Source: Minisyncoccota bacterium (GTDB lineage Bacteria; Patescibacteriota; Minisyncoccia; Phycocordibacterales; UBA2100). From it: a DNA stretch of 64,000 nucleotides. A program made the translations under genes and the position numbers. The notes beneath the pieces are model-generated. The model was not told the origin of the DNA, searched no databases, and worked only from the letters and a program-made list of their open reading frames with translations. Shown in pieces: positions 55,797 to 64,000 of the stretch. The stretch lies in the NCBI GenBank assembly GCA_022842645.1, contig JALHPE010000003.1, positions 10,445 to 74,444 on the forward strand, written 5' to 3'. How positions within the stretch are numbered: the stretch's first letter is position 1; each line of letters opens with the position of its first letter.

Positions 55797-57248
55797 CTAT
55801 TGTGTTGGTATGGTGCTACCCGGTTTCTGACCCATCCTTCGATACACCCAAGTCATGCCCATGATCAGAATTATACCGAAGGCAACCGCGATGAAAGAGT
55901 ACAATGTCATAAATCTTCCTGCAGACACTTCTTCGGGACTAGCACATAACGCTGGATCGATAGCACTACAGTCAAAGACGAGGTACGCCTCATCGACAAA
56001 TTCATCATCTTGAAAAAGCCGAGCAGTCAGAGTGAAATAATCGTACGATTGTTTGGGAGTAAAGACCGACGCGATTCCCATCATGGCACTCGTTACTGCA
56101 CCGTCATACTGATGCGAATGTATGAGGTTGCCATCACGATCGCGCACCTCAAGCTCAAGGAGTCCGCCGGAGTCAAGCGAGCCATCGTTGGAATTATGTA
56201 GGCACGAAAAGAGTGTATTTTGCTCACCGGATCGGAGTGGAAATGACGCAACTCCGGGGAAATTAATACGTGTTCTGTTGACATCACTACGCACAAAGCG
56301 CGCTCCTATGATTGAGCGCGTATCATTCCACGCTGCAGTCCCGACCACATAATACACAGGATACCGTGTATCGATGACCGTGAGACGTACTTCAGCAGAA
56401 GCATTGGGCGGTATATTCACCGACTGCGATTCCTCTTGTACTACGTTCTCTCGTAAGAGTCCGTCCCATTGATACACTGTCCACTGCACTATTGCTCGCT
56501 GTTCAGTGTTCGTAGTGTTTTCCAATTGTGCGGACACAACACCTGGCGAGCTTGCATCGAGGCGTGGCGGAAAAGCGGCAAAGAAATAAGGTTCATCGTT
56601 TATAGTGACACTCGCTTTATCAAATTGAACATTCTGAGTACGTTCGCCTATAACTCGAAAAGGAACGGTGTTACCAACAACATCGTCAGTGAACGAGAGC
56701 CCCAGCAAATTAAACTTGCGAGAGGAAACAAAGTATGTGGCAAGCTGGTACTCTCCCGTCATGGCATAGCTCGGAACCATCCACTCAAAGGAAATGGGGG
56801 CACTACCGTTTGCGGGAATGACGATGTCACCTTTTGCAAAGAATTGATCGACTACATCTGGCCCATTACCATCGTTACCCGCATCACGAGATTTGAATAT
56901 TTTTACGTAGAGTGAGCCGTCTACTATTGGATACGGATTATTATTGACTACCCTACCGGTAAACGCGATAGCTGCTCCCGAGACAGTTTGTGCGACTGAT
57001 GGACTGAGTTTTACCTGAACCGATCCAAATGTATAGTAATCGAAACACGAAACGGTACCCGGAAGTACTAGGGATGCAGCGTCATCAAAAGCACTATCCG
57101 GATCATCGATGAATCTTTCTGGGAGAGGGTTTTCATCATCGAAGCGGATAAGCTGAGTTTGAGCGGCCGTACTGAGGGGCGCAGAAAGCATCATCACCAT
57201 CAGATAGGAGTAGACGAGGATTGAAAGTGTATTTCGTGTGCGTAACAT
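55797..57248 (-). CDS. hypothetical type-I membrane/surface protein
   Basis: Signal peptide (MLRTRNTLSILVYSYLMVMMLSAPLSTAAQ), large extracytoplasmic domain, C-terminal TM (FIAVAFGIILIMGMTWVY) plus a short basic tail. Confidence 0.4.
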   Translation of the reverse strand: MLRTRNTLSILVYSYLMVMMLSAPLSTAAQTQLIRFDDENPLPERFIDDPDSAFDDAASLVLPGTVSCFDYYTFGSVQVKLSPSVAQTVSGAAIAFTGRVVNNNPYPIVDGSLYVKIFKSRDAGNDGNGPDVVDQFFAKGDIVIPANGSAPISFEWMVPSYAMTGEYQLATYFVSSRKFNLLGLSFTDDVVGNTVPFRVIGERTQNVQFDKASVTINDEPYFFAAFPPRLDASSPGVVSAQLENTTNTEQRAIVQWTVYQWDGLLRENVVQEESQSVNIPPNASAEVRLTVIDTRYPVYYVVGTAAWNDTRSIIGARFVRSDVNRTRINFPGVASFPLRSGEQNTLFSCLHNSNDGSLDSGGLLELEVRDRDGNLIHSHQYDGAVTSAMMGIASVFTPKQSYDYFTLTARLFQDDEFVDEAYLVFDCSAIDPALCASPEEVSAGRFMTLYSFIAVAFGIILIMGMTWVYRRMGQKPGSTIPTQ

Positions 57249-57274
57249 ATATGTTTGTAATATATGGATATATT

Positions 57275-58738
57275 TTACTGCTCTCTCCAACTCGGTAATA
57301 CATTGACTGTTGCCTGTTTTGAGTAGGTCTCTCCTCCGACAGTGCGGCAGGTAAGCGTATAGGTAACTTGTCCGAGTATGGCGCTTGTTACTTCCCCATT
57401 CACTGGAGAGGCAAGGCCGCTCCAAGCATCACCGTTCGAACCACGCATTGAGCAGGAATTCATATTCTGTGAACTCCAGTGAACTTTGGTTGTCACACCC
57501 TTGCGAACCAGAGAGGGAGTGACACGAATACTAAGATCATTGGCACTCGTGCCGCTCCCTGTGTTTCCTCCTGTAGCCCCAATATTTTCTCCAAGCAATC
57601 CAGCGGTGGCCGAAGCAGCGGGCTCGCAAGTAAATGAGAAACTCCCCCACGGAGAGAGTGCCCCGGCGTCATCTTGGGCACGCACAAGCACGTCTTTGGG
57701 GCCTGGGGTAGCATATGTCCTGCTTGTCGTCTGCGATGTGCCCGCTGGAACGTAGTCGGTCGTCGGAATTGTTTGATCTACCGTACCGTCTCCATTCCAA
57801 TCTATGAGATACCGGATGGGCTTGTTTTGAGTGTGCAACGAGTTCATTTGAATACTAAACGGCATACCGACGATACATGAGCCGCCCACCGCAGAGACGG
57901 AAGGACTCTGAGGTCCGTCTGCTGGTGGCACCTCTTCTGTGACAGTAATCGTGAACGGCAGCGTCTTTGCGGGAAGCGGAACTGTACTGCGCGGCTCATT
58001 CCTCTCTGCTCCAGCAAAATCAATAACATTGGCGAGGTTACCCATTGGTTCGCATATATGAAGGCGCGGCCATCGATTGGGTGGCGATGCGTCGCGACTT
58101 TGGTCGTAACTATATATTCGAACGAACTGATGAGCGACGCTATCGGCGAATGCGAATGTGACCGTATGCGTACCGACATTCGAGACCGTGCACGATGCCG
58201 AATCAGCTGTCGTCGAGCACGTGCCGAGCACCGATGTATTTTGTACGGTCTTGGCGGGTGGTACAGCATATACCGGCGCATAGATACTCATACCTGCGGG
58301 CCTTCCCTTGAAACGCGCACCCTCTGCATTCCTTATCCTGTCTGCCGTACTACACGAAACGGCGGGAGGAAGCGAGCTTGTCCAATATGCATACGGAGAA
58401 TCGTACATTGATGCTGTGGTGTGCCATGACATGCTCTCGGGAAGGAATTCGAATCTAAGCCTGGTGCCTTGCGCCACCGTAGAACCGGAGGGAACTACTT
58501 GACCAGTATCAATGTTCACGACCCGGGTCTTGTATTCAACATTGCCGTTAAATGGCTCCACCGTCAGATAACTGATGTGCTTGCGCACATCACGCATCCA
58601 CTGCTCTTTCGTTACGGGAAAATTCACTGTAAAAACGACACTCTCGGCTCGTGCACTATTTGTTGTAAGGAGAAATACAGATACACAACATAACAACAGT
58701 GCATATATGACCCCTTTATTCGCAATCATTCCCACCAT
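57275..58738 (-). CDS. hypothetical secreted protein
   Basis: Signal peptide (IANKGVIYALLLCCVSVFLLTTNSARA), Ser/Thr/Gly-rich beta-rich domains. Confidence 0.4.
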   Translation of the reverse strand: MVGMIANKGVIYALLLCCVSVFLLTTNSARAESVVFTVNFPVTKEQWMRDVRKHISYLTVEPFNGNVEYKTRVVNIDTGQVVPSGSTVAQGTRLRFEFLPESMSWHTTASMYDSPYAYWTSSLPPAVSCSTADRIRNAEGARFKGRPAGMSIYAPVYAVPPAKTVQNTSVLGTCSTTADSASCTVSNVGTHTVTFAFADSVAHQFVRIYSYDQSRDASPPNRWPRLHICEPMGNLANVIDFAGAERNEPRSTVPLPAKTLPFTITVTEEVPPADGPQSPSVSAVGGSCIVGMPFSIQMNSLHTQNKPIRYLIDWNGDGTVDQTIPTTDYVPAGTSQTTSRTYATPGPKDVLVRAQDDAGALSPWGSFSFTCEPAASATAGLLGENIGATGGNTGSGTSANDLSIRVTPSLVRKGVTTKVHWSSQNMNSCSMRGSNGDAWSGLASPVNGEVTSAILGQVTYTLTCRTVGGETYSKQATVNVLPSWREQ

Positions 58739-58791
58739 ATATACATAAATGTAGCATTGGAAAACACGAGGCCCGAAGAAAATCCCCCCCC

Positions 58792-59781
58792 CTACCGTGC
58801 ATAACTGCGCACGACCGCCACAATAGAAGATACACCCATGCCATAATGCTCGATGAGCTCAGTCGGTGTTCCTGATTGCCCAAATTGATCCTGCATACCG
58901 ATGAATGACATGGGGAGCGGATTTTTCTGCGCGAGAAGCTCAGCAATCGCGCCACCGAGTCCACCATGCACCTGATGCTCTTCCACCGTAACCACACCAA
59001 GAACTCCCTGCACGGCGTCGAGAATGGTGGTTTCGTCGAGTGGTTTTATGGTGTGCACATTGACGACGATGGTTGAGATTTCGGATTCGAGCTGTTTTGC
59101 TGCAAGAAGTGCGTTATGTACAAAAGGACCTGTTGCAATGATCGCAACTTTTGGCGCTTGTCCCTTCCAGAGCACATTCGCCCTCCCTATCTCAAATGGC
59201 GTCTCAGCGCTCGTCATGACTGGCGTCTTTTCGCGCCCAAACCGCATATACACAGGGCTCCCCTGTGTAGCGGCGGCAACGGTTGCTTTACGCGCCTCTT
59301 CGGCATCGCACGGGGAAATAACAATCATGTTTGGCATTGCGCGCATAAGCGCGATGTCTTCGAGCATCTGATGTGTCGCGCCGTCGGGGCCAACTGAAAC
59401 CCCCGCGTGCATGCCACACACAATTGCATGCACGTTGTTGAGTGCGATGGTCGTGCGAATCTGTTCCCAATTTCTTCCTGGGGAGAATGCGGCGTACGAA
59501 GTGAAAAATGGGATCTTTCCGTAATTCGCCATGCCAGCGGCAACGGTCGCCATATTTTGCTCCGCAACACCCATTTCAATAAAACGATGGGGAAATTCTT
59601 TTTGAAACCATTCGGCGCGAGTGGATTCGGTGAGGTCGGCTGAGAGAACGACAACACGCTCATCTGCCTTCCCTGCTTCGAGAACGCCTTTGCCAAATCC
59701 ATCACGCGTTGGCGCAAGATCGACTCCGCCAACTGGCGGATCGAATATATTCGTCGCGAGCTTTGCATCAGGATTTAACAT
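58792..59781 (-). CDS. tkt: transketolase, C-terminal (pyrimidine-binding) subunit
   Basis: FIEMGVAEQNMATVAAGMA and the downstream transketolase C-terminal domain. Start at internal Met MLNPDAK. Confidence 0.85.
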   Translation of the reverse strand: MLNPDAKLATNIFDPPVGGVDLAPTRDGFGKGVLEAGKADERVVVLSADLTESTRAEWFQKEFPHRFIEMGVAEQNMATVAAGMANYGKIPFFTSYAAFSPGRNWEQIRTTIALNNVHAIVCGMHAGVSVGPDGATHQMLEDIALMRAMPNMIVISPCDAEEARKATVAAATQGSPVYMRFGREKTPVMTSAETPFEIGRANVLWKGQAPKVAIIATGPFVHNALLAAKQLESEISTIVVNVHTIKPLDETTILDAVQGVLGVVTVEEHQVHGGLGGAIAELLAQKNPLPMSFIGMQDQFGQSGTPTELIEHYGMGVSSIVAVVRSYAR

Positions 59782-59782
59782 A

Positions 59783-60640
59783 TTATTGGTGCTCGCTCGA
59801 AACTTTCCCACCGAGTGTGCGGAGTTCGTTCAAAAACTTCACCGCCTCCTCCTTGCTCGGCGGCTTCCCATGCCAACGATAATCAAATTCGATTTCCTTC
59901 ACGCCCTTGCCGGGAATCGTGTGGGCGATAATGACCGTCGGTTTTTCGTAAATAGCTTTTGCTTCCTCGCATGCAGCGATGAATTGTGGAATGTTGTGAC
60001 CATCCACCTCCAAGACGTGCCAATTAAATGATTCGTATTTTTCGCGCAGGGGCTCAAGCGGCATGATACTTTCCGTCATACCGTCAATTTGGATGTTGTT
60101 GCGATCAATAATCCCTGTGAGATTGGAGAGACGATTCTTCCCCGCGAACATCATTGCCTCCCAGATATTTCCCTCCTGATGCTCGCCGTCTGACATCGCG
60201 CAGTACACGCGGAATTTCTTGCCGTCCATCCGTGCGGCGTAGGCGTAGCCTGAAGCTTGCGAGAGTCCGGAACCAAGCGGACCCGAAGTTGACTCAACAC
60301 CTGGCAATTTTTCGCGCTCCGGGTGTCCTTGAAGTCTCGAGCCAAACTTCCGGAGCGTGAGACATTCTTCAATGGGAAAATATCCTGCATGTGCCATCGC
60401 GGCATAACGCACGGGCGTGATGTGGCCATTACTCAGGAACAAGCGATCGCGCTCCGCCCACGCGGGGTTTTTCGGATCATGCGTGAGCACATGAAAATAG
60501 AGCGCGGTGAAAATATCCGCCATACCAAGTGGCCCCGCCGTGTGTCCTGAACCAGCTGCAACGAGCATCTCTAGTATCGTCGCGCGCACCGTCTGTGCGC
60601 GCTCGTGAAGCTCTCGTGTTTCCCCGTCCGAAAGCGGCAT
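59783..60640 (-). CDS. tkt: transketolase, N-terminal (TPP-binding) subunit
   Basis: GSGHTAGPLGMADIFTALYF and GDG..EG motifs of the split transketolase N-terminal subunit. Confidence 0.85.
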   Translation of the reverse strand: MPLSDGETRELHERAQTVRATILEMLVAAGSGHTAGPLGMADIFTALYFHVLTHDPKNPAWAERDRLFLSNGHITPVRYAAMAHAGYFPIEECLTLRKFGSRLQGHPEREKLPGVESTSGPLGSGLSQASGYAYAARMDGKKFRVYCAMSDGEHQEGNIWEAMMFAGKNRLSNLTGIIDRNNIQIDGMTESIMPLEPLREKYESFNWHVLEVDGHNIPQFIAACEEAKAIYEKPTVIIAHTIPGKGVKEIEFDYRWHGKPPSKEEAVKFLNELRTLGGKVSSEHQ

Positions 60641-60644
60641 CTCC

Positions 60645-61298
60645 CTATGATACCGCGTTTACCGCATCCAAAAGCGCGTGATATGTGGATGCAGGGTCTT
60701 TCGCACGCGCAAGCGCCGCACCGACACAGAAATGCGTCGCACCTGCACGCGCGAGATTCTCAATGTTCTCAAGCGTCACACCACCATCAACAGCAATCGA
60801 AAGTGTGGGGTGTTGGGCACGCGCCGCGGACACACGTTGAATAGAGCGTTCATCGAAATGCTGGCCCTGCTCTCCAATGTGCTCAATTGTCATGAGTTGG
60901 ATAAAGTCGACAAGGGGCGCGTAAGAATCACACACGCTAACAGGCGTATGTAGATTAAGCGCACAGCCAATCTCTTCCACCCCTGCCGCGCGCCAGAGCG
61001 CAAACACCTCATCCGCGCGCTCCACGTGTGCAAACGACTCCACATGCGCAATAAGTCGATGCACCCCGGCGCGTGCGCATAGAATACCGAGCGAAAGCGG
61101 ATCTTTCACCATAAGATGCGCTTCGTATCGCACGTGTGCCTGAGGTAAATCACTCTTCGAAACAGGAGTCCATGTCGTGTTTGATGTGAGCGTACTATCA
61201 GCGAAATCAACATGAAGCATCTGGGCGAAGGAGTAGCGGTCAAGTGCAACACTCACGTCACTCGCATTCGCAGGAACAACAGTGGGGATAATCTGCAT
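60645..61298 (-). CDS. rpe: ribulose-phosphate 3-epimerase
   Basis: 218 aa from internal Met MQIIPTVVPAN. HVDFADS and IAVDGGV motifs of RPE TIM-barrel enzymes. Confidence 0.8.
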   Translation of the reverse strand: MQIIPTVVPANASDVSVALDRYSFAQMLHVDFADSTLTSNTTWTPVSKSDLPQAHVRYEAHLMVKDPLSLGILCARAGVHRLIAHVESFAHVERADEVFALWRAAGVEEIGCALNLHTPVSVCDSYAPLVDFIQLMTIEHIGEQGQHFDERSIQRVSAARAQHPTLSIAVDGGVTLENIENLARAGATHFCVGAALARAKDPASTYHALLDAVNAVS

Positions 61299-61302
61299 GC
61301 GA

Positions 61303-61782
61303 TTAACGAGAGGAGTCGAGCTTCGCGAGACGTCTCGCGTGGCGCGCTTCGCCAGAAAATGGCGTCGAAAGCCAGAGCTGCACCGCATGTTTTGCATCTT
61401 GCTCGGAAATAAAGCGCGCACCGAGACAAAGCACGTTCGCATTATTATGCGCGCGCGTTGATTGGAGAAGATTTAAAATAGTTCCTACGGCGTCGGTCTG
61501 CTCGCCCCGCGCTTCACCGTAATAGACAGCGGCGCGCACACCCTCCACACGATTTGCCGCCATCGCTTCGCCTTGACCCGAGGCACCAATGCCAATACCG
61601 ATGCTGTTAGAATCTTCTGCAACGCGCCTCGCCATAGGCATAATGTAGTCGGGATAATCGTCTTCCATATTAAATGATGTCGGGCCGCAATCGTGCACAT
61701 GGTGTCCTTCTCCCTCAAGGAACGATGCAAGAATACTCTTCAATTTAAAACCCGCATGATCCGACGCAAGGTAGATATGCAT
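61303..61782 (-). CDS. rpiB: ribose-5-phosphate isomerase B
   Basis: MHIYLASDHAGFKLK N-terminus and RpiB/LacAB fold length (159 aa). Confidence 0.85.
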   Translation of the reverse strand: MHIYLASDHAGFKLKSILASFLEGEGHHVHDCGPTSFNMEDDYPDYIMPMARRVAEDSNSIGIGIGASGQGEAMAANRVEGVRAAVYYGEARGEQTDAVGTILNLLQSTRAHNNANVLCLGARFISEQDAKHAVQLWLSTPFSGEARHARRLAKLDSSR

Positions 61783-61987
61783 ACCTATATCCTAGCAGGA
61801 GATGGCACGAGATAGCTACGGATAATGCATATTGCCGTGTACTGCTCTTCCGGGCACAGAAGAGAGTCTCGTCGTTCGTTTCTTTCCTCTAGAGGAGGCA
61901 GATAGACGAGAAGTGCAACAAGGGCAAGAAGCAAAAGGAGTAGTGTCGTAATAGTGCCGAGCGCGATGAAGACGATCTTCTTAAGAC

Positions 61988-62998
61988 TCATGCGCGAATA
62001 CGAAGAGCGGCCTCAACGTGCCGAACGAGCGTATGTGCATACCCCATTTCATTGTCATACCACGCAAGAACTTTCACGAGCGTGCCATCTACAACACGGG
62101 TCATGTCGAGCTGAGCGATGGACCCATACGGCTGTCCTACGATATCCGAGGAAACGAGGGGCTCATCGGCGATGGTAAAGACAGTCTTCCAGCGATCGCT
62201 TCCGGCGGCGTTTTTGAGCGCAGCGTTTACTTCCTCTGGTGTCGTTGGACGCTTCGCAACAAACGTGACGTCCACCATCGAACCCGCAGGAACCGGGACA
62301 CGAAGCGAAATACCATCAAACTTTCCGGCGAGCTGGGGGTAGGCAAGTGCCGTCGCTTTCGCCGCGCCGGTTGAAGTGGGTACAATATTTTGCGCAGCGG
62401 CACGCCCCTCGCGCCAATCTTTATCTTTTGGCCCGTCAACAAGAGATTGCGATGCGGTGTAGCCGTGTGTGGTCGAGAGAATCGCGCGCTCGATACCAAT
62501 CGCTTCATCCAGGATGCCAATGATGGGAGACGCAGCATTGGTCGTACACGACGCATTGCTTGAAATGGTGCAGGCTGCTAGCTTTGATTCGTTTGCACCA
62601 ATAAGAACCGTTTCTGCTCCCTCGCCTTTCGCCGGAGCAGAGATGACGACACGCTTCGCACCGGCATCAATGTGGCCCTTCGCTTTTGCAGGGTCAGTAA
62701 AGACACCGGTGGACTCCACCACAACATCAATCTGCATATTCCCCCACGGAAGCTTCGCCAGCTCTTTCTCTTGCACAAACGCAATTTTCTTTCCGTCAAC
62801 TATCAAATTCTTACCATCCTGCGCTACTGAAAACGGTGCTTTGCCGTACACCGTGTCGTACTTCAAAAGATACGCCAAATTTTCGAGCGATCCCAAATCG
62901 TTTAACGCGACAATCTCAAAATCTACTTTCGCAGCCTGCGCCGCTCGAAAGAAACAACGACCAATACGGCCAAAACCATTGATTGCAATTTTTGTCAT
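61988..62998 (-). CDS. gap: glyceraldehyde-3-phosphate dehydrogenase
   Basis: INGFGRIGR NAD-binding start, catalytic ASCTTN, ~336 aa. Confidence 0.9.
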   Translation of the reverse strand: MTKIAINGFGRIGRCFFRAAQAAKVDFEIVALNDLGSLENLAYLLKYDTVYGKAPFSVAQDGKNLIVDGKKIAFVQEKELAKLPWGNMQIDVVVESTGVFTDPAKAKGHIDAGAKRVVISAPAKGEGAETVLIGANESKLAACTISSNASCTTNAASPIIGILDEAIGIERAILSTTHGYTASQSLVDGPKDKDWREGRAAAQNIVPTSTGAAKATALAYPQLAGKFDGISLRVPVPAGSMVDVTFVAKRPTTPEEVNAALKNAAGSDRWKTVFTIADEPLVSSDIVGQPYGSIAQLDMTRVVDGTLVKVLAWYDNEMGYAHTLVRHVEAALRIRA

Positions 62999-63116
62999 TA
63001 CGCCATTGTACCCCAAAAATAGGGTGTATACCTTACTATGTCTTTAAAGGTCGGCGTTGGTGCGGGATGTAAGTGGTTACCCAAAGAGGAACTCCTCTCG
63101 GGCACACGCGCTACGA

Positions 63117-63899
63117 TCATTGCTTCTGAGCTTCGATCTCACTGTAAGTTGTCCGAGAAATTTCGGCAATGGTCTTCTCCAACTGAGTGAAATCTTTACC
63201 GCGCGTCATGACACAGAGTATATAGGGATTCGGCTTTGTATACACAACACCGCAATCATGGAGCTGGACGGTACCATCGCCAAGTTCGCGCTCGCCGAAC
63301 TTATGCGCAACGGGTATTTCTGCAGGAAGCCCCGCAACCAAGCCTTTATCAAATGTCGATTCTGAAAGAAGTGACAGAACGTATTCAGACATGGTGCGGG
63401 AGATGTAGGTTGCGTTGTAGAGAATGCGGAAAAATGAGGCGTAGGATTTAACGGAAACTTGATAGTCCGCGCCCATGCGCGGCGAGCTAATCCCAAGGCG
63501 TTCGTAGGAATCTTTGAGCGATGCCTCGTCGATGACCTGGCTCAACATGAGTGCCGCATCGTTATCAGAAAAGATCAGTGTCGCGCGCACAAGTTCATCA
63601 AGCGTGTAGGCATTTCCACGTTGAATCGGCGCTGGTGGCGGATAGTGCAGTGGAAACGAAGGGGCACTCGTTGCAAGCTCGTACTGATTTTGTGTAATTT
63701 CAGGGTGCTCAATCGCGTGCTCATACACACTCATAATAAGCGGAACCTTAAGAAGGCTTCCGGGAGTAAAGAGAAGATTCTCATTGACACCAATCCAACC
63801 ACCATATTTGAGTTCCCGAAAATATACCCCCGCTTCGGTAATTGCGCCCGATCGCTTCTGCTCATCAATAAGTGAGTGAAGTTTTTTTTGTAAATCCAA
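63117..63899 (-). CDS. class-A beta-lactamase-like serine hydrolase
   Basis: SxxK (FTPGSLLK), SDN (IFSDNDA), and KxG-like (HKFGE) motifs in class-A order. Confidence 0.5.
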   Translation of the reverse strand: MDLQKKLHSLIDEQKRSGAITEAGVYFRELKYGGWIGVNENLLFTPGSLLKVPLIMSVYEHAIEHPEITQNQYELATSAPSFPLHYPPPAPIQRGNAYTLDELVRATLIFSDNDAALMLSQVIDEASLKDSYERLGISSPRMGADYQVSVKSYASFFRILYNATYISRTMSEYVLSLLSESTFDKGLVAGLPAEIPVAHKFGERELGDGTVQLHDCGVVYTKPNPYILCVMTRGKDFTQLEKTIAEISRTTYSEIEAQKQ

Positions 63900-64000
63900 A
63901 AGTGCACCCTGTGAAGCAGCTGATGATTCACTTTCGCATGCGAGAAGTGGGCTGATGAATGTAAATGAAGAATTCTGTTCGCGCTTCTCGATAAGCGAAG

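Noticed and set aside
1-64000. CRISPR arrays or cas genes
   Set aside because: No short direct repeats with unique spacers were seen. The only exact long repeat is the DGR TR/VR pair. No Cas-like ORFs.

Overview
This 64 kb chromosomal segment is read here as a small-genome, CPR/Patescibacteria-like bacterium, judged from gene content and the split transketolase. There are many small membrane and secreted proteins.

Main contents, left to right:
(1) A minus-strand type IV pilus assembly operon: pilM, pilN/O/P-like genes, pilB ATPase, a CheY-like receiver, a coiled-coil lytic transglycosylase and a large Kelch/FN3/Cys-rich surface protein.
(2) Directly upstream of pilM, a complete diversity-generating retroelement (DGR): a reverse transcriptase (RT) with the DGR-type LGxxxSQ motif, an Avd-like four-helix-bundle gene on the opposite strand, a 117-bp template repeat (TR) and a matching variable repeat (VR) at the 3' end of a 209-aa target gene. 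The two copies differ only at TR adenines. The VR is followed by a hairpin, and the whole cassette is bracketed by two copies of a ~34-bp palindrome.
(3) A phage-derived DNA-packaging-type module: two paralogous terminase large subunits, a ParB-nuclease/DNA-methyltransferase fusion, a second methyltransferase and a TerS-like HTH protein, but no portal, capsid or tail genes.
(4) A copper-homeostasis and oxidative-folding cluster: csoR-copA, cupredoxin, an HMA-DsbD-like membrane protein, DsbB, two DsbA, DUF305, M23 peptidase and sortase.
(5) A large serine recombinase ending about 90 bp from the 3' end of tRNA-Ser(GCU), next to a holin-family membrane protein, suggesting an integrative-island boundary.
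(6) Housekeeping genes: recG, riboflavin kinase, Nudix, malic enzyme, pyrD-like and dihydroorotase-like genes, ftsH, smpB plus tmRNA, rplY, fba, a PfkB kinase, two-subunit transketolase, rpe, rpiB and gap. There is also a tRNA with a UAU (Ile) anticodon.

No CRISPR array and no rRNA were seen. All calls come from reading the translated ORFs and the DNA by eye. No database searches were run.
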